Assembly (NCBI GenBank): GCA_004431415.1
Contig: QPMI01000571.1
Coordinates: 1-64,000, forward strand
Direction of reading: 5' to 3'
DNA: 64,000 bases
DNA from: Cyanophora paradoxa CCMP329
Taxonomy: Eukaryota; Plantae; Glaucophyta
Under the pieces are notes generated by a model that saw only the letters and a list, made by a program, of their open reading frames with translations, was not told the DNA's origin and made no database searches. The first letter of the stretch is position 1, and the number at the start of each line of letters is the position of its first letter. Shown here piece by piece: positions 11,886-22,449 of this stretch. The position numbers and the translations under genes are program-made.

Positions 11886-14800
11886 CTAGGGCTTGCCGCC
11901 GCCGAGGGGCCGCTGGAGGTCGTAGATGGCCCAGGGCCCGACGCGGTACGAGGTCGCGAAGTGCTGCTTGAAGAAGTCCTCCTTGGCGCCCCACGAGTTG
12001 CGCTCGGCGTCCCCTGCCGACGTTCAGCGGAGGAGGGGGGGAGGAGGGAGCGGGGGGTACCGATGGCGACGTGGGTGGCGCCCAGCTCCTTGGCGAGGCG
12101 GAGCGTGTCTCCGCTCCCCGAGAGGATCCGCTTCACGACCTGCTCCCGCTCCCTGTAGTCGTACCCGTGCGAGGAGAGCCAACCCCTGTACCCCAGCACC
12201 ACCGGCCGCCCCGTCAGGCACGGGATCTGATTGTCGACGCGTCAGGCGAAGAAAAAAAGGAGAGGGGGTAGAGTCGGCGGTGAGGGCGGGCGGGGGTACC
12301 GGGTTGTTGTGCTTGTCGCTGGAGACGAAGGTCGCGTTGGGGGGTAGGGCCGTCTTCACGAACTCCGCCACCGCCACATCCGACGTCGTGAAGAGCTGCG
12401 GGGTACGCGAATCGAACGCGGACCGGGGAAATGAGGCTACGGGGGGGTACGGATCACCTCCCAATCCATGGCGAGCTCCTTGGCGACGCAGGCGCCGCCG
12501 GAGAAGACGAGGAAGGCGAGGAGGATCACGACGAGGACGCGGAAGTGCAGCTTGCCCTGCGCCCCCGCCCCGGACGTCAGCCCGCGGAGACTGACTCTGA
12601 GAGGGGCCGGCGCACGTTGGCGCCGAGGCGGTAGAGCCAGGAGAGGAGGCCGCCCACCGCCGCCGACGCGACGAAGTGCCACAGCTGGATCACCTTCAGG
12701 TTGTCGTACTGGGGGGTGCAGCGCGCGCGCCGTCAGCGGCGGGGGGTACGCCAGTGTGGGGGCGGGGGCGCGCGCCTTCCAGGGCTGGAAGAGAAGGAAG
12801 TTGGAGGCGACGAAGACGACCCAGGCGGCGGCGTAGAGGCGGAGCTGGCGCCCGTCCAGGCGCACGGCCGCCAGCGCCGCCAGCGGCACGAAGAGGCCCA
12901 GCGACTAGGAGAGAGTCAGGGGGGAGGGGGGGGGGAGATGGAGCGGTTTACGAGGCTGTACCCCCGCGCACCATGTACCAGAGGTGGACGGCGTCCCCGA
13001 GCTTGCCGCCCTTGTCCTGCGGGGCGGTCGGGGGGAGGAGGGGGGGGGGGCGGGGGGGGGTGTAGAAAGGAGGAGGGAGGGGTACAGGGCCGGGCCGGGC
13101 GGCGCACATGCCACATGGTCTTGAACTGGATGATGCCCCAGTCCTTGGCCTTCTCCGACAGGATCACAAGCTGCGGGGGTACGATCAAGTTAGTTGGGAG
13201 GCGCCAAGCCGGGCCAGGAGGAGGACGGCGGGCGGGCCTGGGGTACGCCGAGGGCGATCATGGGCACGGCGTAGTGGAGCCACTTGCGAACGAAGGGCCA
13301 GAGGGAGTGGGGCAGGCCGCGCAGCGGGGCGCTGAATAGGGCGAAGAAGGGGGCGAAGATGCCCATCGAGACGAACGCGTGGCCCTGCGCCGCTCAGGCT
13401 CAGGTGAGGAGAGGCCGGGGGGGGGGGGTGTAAGAGGGGATAAAGGGGGGAGGAGCGCGCCTGGCAGAAGGGAGTGAGGCCGATGAGGAAGCCGGCGACG
13501 AGCATGGGGCGGCGGGCGTCCACCGCGAACGCAGAGGCCTTGGCGGCGGCCTCGGGCAGGGGCGTCCGGTTCGTGCTGGGCAGCCGCTGGCCCGCCCGGC
13601 CGTCCTCCGGCTCCTCGCCCGCCGCCCCGGGCTTGCCGCCCTTCGCCGACGCGACGTAGAGCAGGGACATGGCGGAGAGGCAGAGGGGGTACGCGAGCAG
13701 CGCCGCCCGCTGGGGCAGCAGGGTGTCCGTCAGCGTCTGGAACCAGAATTGCTCCCCGGACTTCTGGAAGTGGACTGCCGGGGTACCGCGTCGGGGCGGG
13801 TAGGGGGTACAGAGATGCGGAGGGGGGTAGTACCGTAGTTGATGGACCAGCCCTCGCCGGTGAGGAGGAACGTGCTGAGGCTGACGCCCGACTTGGCCCA
13901 GTTGCCTGAGGGGGGGTAGGGCATTAGACGGGCTGCTCCGCCGAACCCCGTACCCCCACGGACCGAAGAAGGAGTCGTGGTAGAAGCCGAGGCCGCCGCT
14001 GAAGACGCTGAGGAGGACGGCGAAGGCGCCGGCGAGGCGGGAGCCGGTGAAGCGCGCCCCGAAGAAGAAGAGCAGAGCGACGAAGGAGAGCAGAAGCGCC
14101 GTCGCGGGGACGGCCAGCGCCGCGCCGAAGGACATCCCTGCGCACGCGTCGTCGCGCCGAGATTCGATCCGGCCCGGAGCGGGGCCCCGCACCGCCGAGG
14201 ATCAGGAGGGCGGAGTGGTAGTTGCAGATGAACGGGTACACGAGCTTGCTCCCCGCGAAGATTGAGCTCACGAAGCTGCCGAAACCCTGCGGCGACCCGG
14301 GTGAGGCGGCGCCGGGGCGCGAAGCGCGGGCGCGGAATCGCACCAGCGCGCGGTTGGGCCCGTAGACGAACGAGGAGATAATGTTCTGCGCACGCGCGGG
14401 CGCGGGACGCGAGGTCAGCGAAAGGGCCGCGCCGCGCCTCTCGTCGGCTCGGCGGGCCCGCGCGCCGCACCAAGTGGAATGGCAGGTCGCCCCACGTCGA
14501 CCCTGCCGAGCGCAGGCTGCCGTTCGCGGCGAGGAGGAGGTAGTGGGTCCGCGCGAGTTGGCCCAGCAGGACGGCCGCCACGGCGAAGAGGACCCAGAAG
14601 CCCGCGAAGCGCCTCAGCTCTTCCGCGATGGTCGCGGCGCTGGACTTGATGAAGCGCGCCCGCACGCGCCGTTGCGCGAACCCGACGGCGACGAATGCGG
14701 CGGCCGAGACGGCGTAGAGCTGCCAGACCTGAAGGCCGCTGGGGCTGAGCGTGTGCAGGAGCAGGACGGCCCAGGATGACAGCACGATTGACACAGGGAC

Positions 14801-14926
14801 CGCCGTGAAGACGCACTCCGAGATGCTGACGCCGGCGGGACTGGATGGGCTGTACAGCACGACGAGGAGCCAGAATGCCGTCGCGACGTACGTAGACACC
14901 GAAAACAGCGCCGCTGCGAGCGCCAT
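11886..14926 (-). CDS. Multi-pass membrane protein, probable GT-C-fold glycosyltransferase, multi-exon
   Basis: Many hydrophobic helices and motifs STWGDLPFHL-NIISSFVYGPN, YPFICNYHSALL, LLPQRAALLAYPL, PFCQGHAF, FQPWKYDNLK and GYRGWLSSHG. The luminal acidic WGD motif after the early TM helices resembles GT-C enzymes (inference). Stop TAG at 11888-11886. Confidence 0.65.
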
Positions 14927-15053
14927 TTTCGCACGGCGGAAGCCCACGAGCGCCGGCGCGGCGGCTCAGTTAAGGGGGTACCGGCGACTTCAAAGCCTTG
15001 AAAGTTCATCCACAGCTCCCAGCGCCTTTTCGTTGCCGCCAGTCTCTGCCAAT
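14927..15053. promoter_or_regulatory. 127-bp divergent intergenic region (putative bidirectional promoter)
   Basis: ATG at 14926 (-) and ATG at 15054 (+). Confidence 0.45.
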
Positions 15054-16720
15054 ATGCAGCACCAGCGCGCCCAGATGCTCGGCGAAGAGCGCTCGTCGTA
15101 CAGAACGCGCGAAAGCCGAAACGCCGTCGCGCACGGCCGTCGTGCTCTCCTGGTTGTCACCAGCCACGCGCGTGCGCACATTTTTAATCCCGATCCCTTC
15201 TCTCGCTCAGTTCTCTCCTTCTCTCCCGATCCCTTCTCTCGCTCAGTTCTCGGCCACACGGGCAATGTCAACGACCTCCTGCGCGCCGGCCTGCCGCGCG
15301 ATCGGGCCCTCACTGGCTACTGGTGCACACTGCGCGTCTCGTTCGAGCGTCTCGTCTCGCGTCTCGTCTCGCGTCTCGTTCGAGCGCGTCCGGCGCGCGC
15401 GTTCCGCGCGCCCGGCCCCCGCGCGCAGGCATTTCGAAGCCGCGCACCTCTACGCGGCGCTTAAGCGGCTGAACTTCATCGTCGAGATCGGTGCGCGGCT
15501 CCGCCGACGCGTTTCCCGCTGCGGCTGACCAGCGCGGGGTTCAGCTTCCCCGCAAGGCGGCAAGGCGCCCGTCAACCCGATCTCGCTGTCCGGGCACTTC
15601 CTCGACGACCTCAGCCAACGCGTGCTGAACGACGAGGTGGGGCCTGCCATTATCCAGATCTCCGCTCTCGCTTCGCCAGCTCATCGATGTCTCTTCGCGC
15701 CAGGAGTTTGTTTGGAAGACGGAGCACACGGTGTCGCTCCGGGAGGCCGCCATCCGCGAGCCGTACGATGCCGTCGTGCGCGGGAACGCGCTCCCGAGTT
15801 CCGCGCAGCGCCCGAAGGCCTCGGCAGGTGCTCGTCGGCGGACACGGCGCCCTCTTCGATTTCCCTGGCAACCCGGGCCTCGTGCAGATCCTCCAGCGTT
15901 GCTACGAGGGCCGTGCGCGAGGCCGCGCTCCCTCGCACTCCGCCCCTGCTCAAATTCCGCCCGCCAGACCCGTGGGGAATCATCGCGGCCAACGGGCACG
16001 GTGTCGCCGGGCTACTGGAGGCGTGCCGCGCACCGCGCGCATCGCCCGCGCGCCGCGCCGCGCTGCAGCTGACAGCGCCGCAGGTCCGCGTGCGGACCGG
16101 CAAGGGCCTGGAGCACCTCGTCGCGTGCGCCGCCTCGGGATTTGATCCGCGATTCGATCCGATCGCGATTTGATCGCGATTCGAGCGCAGGATGAAGAAC
16201 GTCGCGTGCTTCAACGAGGACGAGGAGGAGAAGTGTGGCCTGCGCCAGTGGCTCCCCTACAGGCGAGCCCGCCGCCCGCCGCCCGCCGCCCGCCGCCCGC
16301 CGCCCGCGGCCCCCGCCCGCTGTTCAGCTCCGCGACGGCCCCGCGCCCCGCGCGCGCGCAGCCTGGAGGGCGAGCTCCTGCGCCGCAACGCCTTCCTCAT
16401 CAAGGGCGCCGTGGTCCGGCCCCGTCCTCCGCCTCCGACCGGAAATGCCGCTGATCTCCGGCCCGGCCCGGCCCGGCCCCTCCTTCCCTCTCAGAACCGC
16501 CCGCACGTGGAGGAGGCGTTCGACGGGCGGCTCCTCACCGGCCAGAACGGCGCCAGGCGCGCCCGCCCGGACAGAAAGACAGGCAGGCGAACGGCTCTGA
16601 GGGCTCGGGCGCAGCGCGGAGGAGCTGGGGCGGGCGGTGGTGCGGGCGGTGGAGGGCCGCTGGGACCCCGCCGTGCGGCGCCTGCACCCGCTCGACCAGG
16701 AGGGCCGCGTCCTCCGCTGA
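15054..16720 (+). CDS. DJ-1/PfpI superfamily (Hsp31/class I glutamine amidotransferase-like) protein with catalytic Cys replaced by Gly, about 10 introns
   Basis: Spliced translation gives ALLVVTSH...TGYWHFEAAHLY...VEIASPQGGKAPVNPIS...YDAVVLVGGHGALFDF...IIAANGHGVAGLL...DGRLLTGQNGASAEELG. Stop TGA at 16718-16720. Confidence 0.88.
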
Positions 16721-16881
16721 GCCCCTACCCCCCCCTTTCTCCCCCCTCCCGGGCCGGGACGGGGGCCGCCGCGCCACTCGAGCTCGGCGTCGTTCCGCAC
16801 GAGTCGGATCTGCGCCGCGCTGTCGCCTTCGTGTAAGTTTCTGAAGTTGTGTAAATAGCGGTCCATGTGCCGCGCGCTTTC

Positions 16882-17045
16882 ATACGGGCGGCGCGCACGG
16901 GCGGCGCGTACGGGCGCCGCGTACGGGCGCCGCGTACGGGCGCCGCGTACGGGCGCCGCGTACGGGCGCCGCGTACGGGCAGCGCGTACGGGCGCCGCGT
17001 ACGGGCGCCGCGTACGGGCGCCGCGTACGGGCGGCGCGTACGGGC
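16882..17045. repeat. 13-bp minisatellite (GTACGGGCGCCGC), about 12.5 copies
   Basis: Direct tandem units without spacers, read from the sequence. Confidence 0.95.
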
Positions 17046-17636
17046 CTGCAGGCTGCAGCTGCAGCTGGCGCCTCTATAGCTATTCTTCATCCGCTTCATC
17101 TGCAGAGGCCTCATCAAATGATCAGCTAACTATATAATTTCAACGGTTTGAAAGCGAGCTTGCAAAGGCGCGCGCGTGCCACGGTGGGTTCTCAGCTGGC
17201 CATGCGTCATGGGCCTCATGGCATGGAATGTGCTGGTAAAGCCTGGCATCTCAGTGGCATGCCACTGGGCCATGACGGGCGGGCGGCCGCCGCGGCGCGG
17301 GCGCTGGCGGAGCTTCGGCTTCGGCCGATCGCCGGCCGCGGCCGCGCGCTAGCAATGGCGCTAGCCTAGTAGTAGCGCTAGCGCTCGCGATCGAGCTCGA
17401 GCTTCTGATCATGACCGGGCCTGCAGTGCAGCTGGGTATACGTACCCCAAAAAGATGCTTGCGAAAAAAGATGCTTGCGAAAAAAGTCCTTTTTGCGAAC
17501 TGGCCGACTTGGACAGCGTGACGTCGACAATTATGAGTCTTTTTATGACTCGGTAATGAATCAGCGATGTACATCAGCGATGAATCGGCGAAATCGATAT
17601 CGCTCAAGTCGATGATAAAAAAAGTAAAATTAAATG

Positions 17637-18213
17637 TTTTTTTTTTTGAGAGACTACGGTGGGGCGAACCCCCCGTAGCCTGGGCCGTAGGTAGTGATAT
17701 TAAAGACAACAAAGCAATCACAACTCAAAGATACAGTAAACTAGCACAAAATATATACAGAATCAAGAGGGATCACGAGAAGGGACACGATCAGAAGAAC
17801 GCAAAAGATAAGGAGAACGAGCACGAGGAGAAGGAGTAGAAGAACTCAAGGGCGTCGACGCAGAATTACTAGTCACACTAGAACGACGAGGAGCACGGGG
17901 ACGCAGCAAATAAGGAGAACGAGCACGAGGAACTACAGTCGAAGACGAAGATCTAGACGAAGACGACAAGACAGAGCTAACAGCAGAACTAGAAGACGTA
18001 GTCGCAGGAGGCAAAGGCGGTAGAACAGTAGGAGAGGCGAAACGTAGGACACCACTAGAGGGGAAAGTCGAAGCTGGCGGAGTGTCTAAACGGAATCGAG
18101 ATTGTAGAGTTGGTAAAACAATGGACGGCTGAAGACTAATCTGAGGAACTGGGGACGACACGAGGAAAGGGGCAGAGCTCGGGTTCAGACTCGGAATCGG
18201 CAGTATAAGAGGA
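17637..18213 (-). mobile_element. 5'-truncated non-LTR retroelement, family A, copy 1
   Basis: Near-identical (reverse complement) to 21852-22416. It ends in the CTACGG-GGGG-TTCG-CCCC-A-CCGTAG stem-loop plus A11 and carries 12 extra nt upstream of the hairpin relative to copies 2 and 3. Confidence 0.85.
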
Positions 18214-18332
18214 TGTCTCGTGTTATGAGTTTGGATTTATTTTCCAATTCTTGTATAATTATTATTTTCGTCATAAATCATGATACCCGCAGTGCTTTTT
18301 GTTTTTAATTTTTTTTTGGATTTATTTTCCAA

Positions 18333-21300
18333 CAAGATCCGTGCTCCTGCGGAGCACTAAGTACGGCGAAGCCTCGCGGACGCCCTCGCGGCTGTCACAG
18401 TACTAGTACTAGTAGGCGGCCATCTGCAGCCTCAGGGGCCTGCAGCCCCGAGCGCCCAGCTGCATGGCCGGGTTTCGCCGGCTTGGCCATGCATATGGGC
18501 TGGCCCGCTAGCGCTATAGCCAGGTCGAGGGAGAGCTGGCTGGCCAGAGAGCAATGTAATGAGGAGAGAGAATATATAATTAATTAGGGGAGGAGTTGGA
18601 CCGGTAACGCTTGCTTTTGACTGGTGGAGCAGATTGAGAGGAGATTAATTTAATATTAATATATTGTTGGGGGGGAGGCCCGGGAGGGGCGAGGTTCTCG
18701 CAGCCAGGCAGGTGCGCAGAGCTTGCGAATCGCTTAAACAGAACCTCGAATGCATATAGTATCAATGTGCAGGGCTGCGGAGGCGAGGGCGGGCGGAAAG
18801 CTGTGCAGGTTCGTTCAGGATCGAATTTTTGCGTCGGCTGGGTTCTCGTGCCCTGTCGCGCCCGCAGAGCTTGCGAAAAGCTTTAAAAAGATCTCAACTG
18901 AATATTGTAGCGATGCGCTCGCGTGAGGATGCGAGGGCGCGCGGAAAGATGTGCAGGTCCGTGAAGGATCGAATTTTCGGGGTCGGCTGGGTTCTCGCGC
19001 TTCAGCGCATCTGCGAAGCGTGCAGAATGCTTTTTCTACATCTCAAATGCTTATGCTATTCTTCCGCGCATGCGCCGCGGCGTGGGCGCGCGGAAAGATG
19101 TCCGGGGCCGTGCAGGGGTGCGCAGGCGCTGCTATGTCTATGCGCGCTAGTACGCATCGATTGCGCGCGTCGCGGGACCGTCCGGAACCGGCTGGATCAA
19201 ATTTTCGGCCTGCTGTTCGGACTGCAGCGTCGAGGGCGCTCGAAATCGAGTTTGCGGCGATGCGCTCGCCCTCGCGGGTCATTCTGTATCGTTCTGGGGC
19301 GTCCCTGGCGCGATTTCGTCGCGGGACCGGGCGGGACCGGGTCCCACCTTCTGACCCGGACTGCATTTGTCGGAGGTTAAGTACCGGAATTGATCCAGAG
19401 GGAAATTCGATTTTCGTGCGACGCCCACGGGCGAGCGGTCGTCTTAGCGGAGCCAGGACGCTAAAAATGGATCTAGAGAGGTCTGTGGGGGTTAGGGTAG
19501 CTGAGTCATTAGCGGCAATCGCGTCCGTGTCGAGGCAGAATTAATAATTCTGCCTCGAGGGAGTGCGACACGGAAATTATTTAGCAGGGGGGATCTTGAG
19601 TGGAAAAAAAGGTTAAAAAAGGAATTAGGGTCGTCGGTTTTTGGTTTTGAGACAAGATCTGTGCTCCTGCGGAGCACTAAGTACGGCGAAGCCTCGCGGA
19701 CGCCCTCGCGACTGTCACAGTAGGCCTAGCTATATATAGGGCACTGGGTGCCACTGGCCAGCGGGTGGCAGCGGCACGGCCGATCGCGAACAGCTGTCTG
19801 GCTGGCCAGCTGCAGCCCAACTAGTACTGGCCGGGCCCGGCCCAGTGCATGGGCCAGTCCAGCTAGCGCTGCATGGCCGGCCAGAGAGAAATATTAATGT
19901 ACTGAGGAAATAAAGCGAATATATTATTAGGGGAGTGGTTGGACTGGCTTTTAACTGGTGGAGCAGATTGAGAGGAGATTAATTATATAATTATATAATA
20001 TTGTTCGGAGGGAGGCCGGGATCCCCGGAGGGGCAAGGTTCTCGCGGCCAGGCGCATGCACAGAGCTTGGGAATCGCTTAAACAGACCCTCGAATGCATA
20101 TAGGCCGCCCGCAAAGACGTGCAGGCGTGGCGAGGATCGAATTTTTGCGTCGGCTGGGTTCTCGCGCCCTGTCGCGCCCACAGAGCTCGCGGAAAGCATT
20201 TAAAACATCTCAAATGAATATACTAGCGATTCTCGTGCGTGAGGATGCGAGGGCGCGCGGAAAGATGTGCAGGTCCGTCAAGGATCGAATTTTGAGGGTC
20301 GGCTGGGTCCTCGCGGCCCGGCACATCTGTAAAGCGTGCGGAACGCTTCATCTACATCTCAGATGCTTATGCTATTGTTCCGCGCATGCGCCGCGGCGTG
20401 GGCGCGCGGAAAGATGTCCGGGTCCGTGCAGGATCGAATTTTTGCCGTCGACTGGGTTCTCGTGCTCTTTCGCGTCTTCGAAGCTTGTGGAAGGCTTTGA
20501 TAAAATCCCAAATGAATATAGTAGCGATTCTCATGCGTGAGGATGCGACGGCGCGCGGAAAGACGTGCAGGTCCGTCCAGGATCGAATTTTCGGGGTCGG
20601 CTGGGTCCTCGCGGCCCGGCGCATCTGTAAAGCGTGCGGAATGCTTCTTCTAGATCTTAAATGCTTATGCTATTCTTCCGCGCATGCGCCGCGGCGTGGG
20701 CGCGCGGAAAGATGTCCGGGGCCGTGCAGGATCGAATTTTTGGCGTCGGGTACCTTCCTGCGCTCTTCCGGCTCCGAAAAGCGGATTTCGGGGGTGCGCA
20801 GGCGCTGCTATGTCTATGCGCGCTAGTACGCATCGATTGCGCGCGTCGCGGGACCGGCCGGAACCGGCCGGATCAAATTTTCGGCCGACTCTTCGCACTG
20901 GAGCGTCGACGGCGCGCGAAATCGAGCTTGCGGCGATGCGCTCGCCCTCGCGCGTCATTCTGTATCGTTCTGGGGCGTCCCTGGCGCGATTTCGTCGCGG
21001 GACCGGGCGGGACCGGGTCCCACCTTCTGACTCGGACTGCGTTTGTCGGAGGTTAAGTACCGGAATTGATCCAGAGGGAAATTCGATATTCGCGGGACGC
21101 CCACGGGCGAGCGGTCGTCTCAGGGAAGCCAGGACGCTAAAAATGGATCTAGAGAGGTCTGTGGGGGTTAGGGTAGCTGAGTCATTAGCGGCAATCGCGT
21201 CCGTGTCGAGGCAGAATTAATAATTCTGCCTCGAGGGAGTGCGACACGGAAATTATTTAGCAGGGGGGATCTCGAGTGGAAAAAAAGGTTAAAAAAGGAA

Positions 21301-21632
21301 TTTATATCGGCGGTTTTTGGGTGGTTAAGTACCGGAATTGATCCAGAGGGAAATTCGATATTCGCGGGACGCCCACGGGCGAGCGGTCGTCTCAGGGAAG
21401 CCAGGACGCTAAAAATGGATCTAGAGAGGTCTGTGGGGGTTAGGGTAGCTGAGTCATTAGCGGCAATCGCGTCCGTGTCGAGGCAGAATTAATAATTCTG
21501 CCTCGAGGGAGTGCGACACGGAAATTATTTAGCAGGGGGGATCTCGAGTGGAAAAAAAGGTTAAAAAAGGAATTTATATCGGCGGTTTTTGGGTTTGAGA
21601 AAGAGGCTTCGCGTGAAAGAGGCTTCGCCTGA
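18333..21632 (-). mobile_element. Non-autonomous Helitron-like (Helitron2/Helentron-type) element X, about 1336 bp excluding the nested copy
   Basis: On - it reads 5'-TCAGGCGAAGCCTC...GAGGCTTCGCC-gtactta-GTGCTCCgcaGGAGCAC-ggat-CTTG-3'. It is inserted between A and T with no TSD. The exact empty site (GGATTTATTTTCCAA^TTCTTGTATAATT) is present at 18233-18260. Confidence 0.85.
19653..21616 (-). mobile_element. Second copy (Y, 1964 bp) of the same Helitron-like family, nested 16 nt inside the 5' end of X
   Basis: It reads 5'-TCACGCGAAGCCTC...hairpin...AGATCTTG-3'. Removing it restores X's 5' end. It has internal 148-149-bp subrepeats and a 272-bp tandem duplication (21051-21322/21323-21594). Confidence 0.85.
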
Positions 21633-21670
21633 TTCTTGTATAATTATTATTTTCGTCATTAATCATGATA

Positions 21671-22449
21671 CCCGCAGTGCTGGTGTCTAGAGACTGTCAG
21701 ACCGTATAGTTTTTGGCAGCGAGTATTTTGTGTATGGTGACGTTCCTCGTGTGTACCCTTCTCTCTCTTCTACTTCGCTGTATTTGCCTCTCCCGCCTGG
21801 TTCAGCCCCATCGTCTGCCTTCCCTGTCACTACTGGCTTGCGTTTCGCCCCTCCTCTTATACTGCCGATTCCGAGTCTGCACCCGAGCTCTGCCCCTTTC
21901 CTCGTGTCGTCCCCAGTTCCTCAGATTAGTCTTCAGCCGTCCATTGTTTTACCAACTCTACAATCTCGATTCCGTTTAGACACTCCGCCAGCTTCGACTT
22001 TCCCCTCTAGTGGTGTCCTACGTTTCGCCTCTCCTACTGTTCTACCGCCTTTGCCTCCTGCGACTACGTCTTCTAGTTCTGCTGTTAGCTCTGTCTTGTC
22101 GTCTTCGTCTAGATCTTCGTCTTCGACTGTAGTTCCTCGTGCTCGTTCTCCTTATTTGCTGCGTCCCCGTGCTCCTCGTCGTTCTAGTGTGACTAGTACT
22201 TCTGCATCGACGCCCTTGAGCTCTTCTACTCCTTCTCCTCGTGCTCGTTCTCCTTATCTTTTGCGTTCTTCTGATCGTGTCCCTTCTCGTGATCCCTCTT
22301 GATTCTGTATATATTTTGTGCTAGTTTACTGTATCTTTGATTTGTGATTGCTTTGTTGTCTTTAATATCACTACCTACGGGGGGTTCGCCCCACCGTAGT
22401 CTCTCAAAAAAAAAAATAGAGACTGTGGCCGGTAATTCACCAAAAAAAA
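21671..22449 (+). mobile_element. 3' end of poly(A) retroelement family B, interrupted by family A copy 2
   Basis: CCCGCAGTGCTGGTGTCTAGAGACTGT[insertion]GGCCGGTAATTCACC-A8. The uninterrupted version is at about 50193-50248. Confidence 0.6.
21698..22416 (+). mobile_element. 5'-truncated non-LTR retroelement, family A, copy 2 (longest)
   Basis: 10-bp TSD TAGAGACTGT (21688-21697 and 22417-22426). The frame is open from the truncation point to TGA 22302 (S/P/R-rich C-terminus), followed by a T-rich 3' UTR, a terminal stem-loop and A11. Confidence 0.9.

Noticed and set aside
16882-17045. 13-bp repeat as coding or CRISPR
   Set aside because: It is a pure tandem minisatellite without spacers, and the ORFs across it are repeat artefacts.
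18817-20880. Regularly spaced repeats as a CRISPR-like array
   Set aside because: The intervening sequences are homologous to each other rather than unique spacers, there are no cas genes and the context is eukaryotic.
18829-21220. ORFs inside the Helitron-like elements as Rep/helicase/Fanzor
   Set aside because: They have no HUH, helicase or RuvC motifs and are translations of non-coding subrepeats.
21730-22302. Hepadnavirus core-like Arg/Ser/Pro tail or a host gene
   Set aside because: The resemblance is only compositional. The TSD, poly(A) and variable 5' truncation indicate a retroelement fragment.
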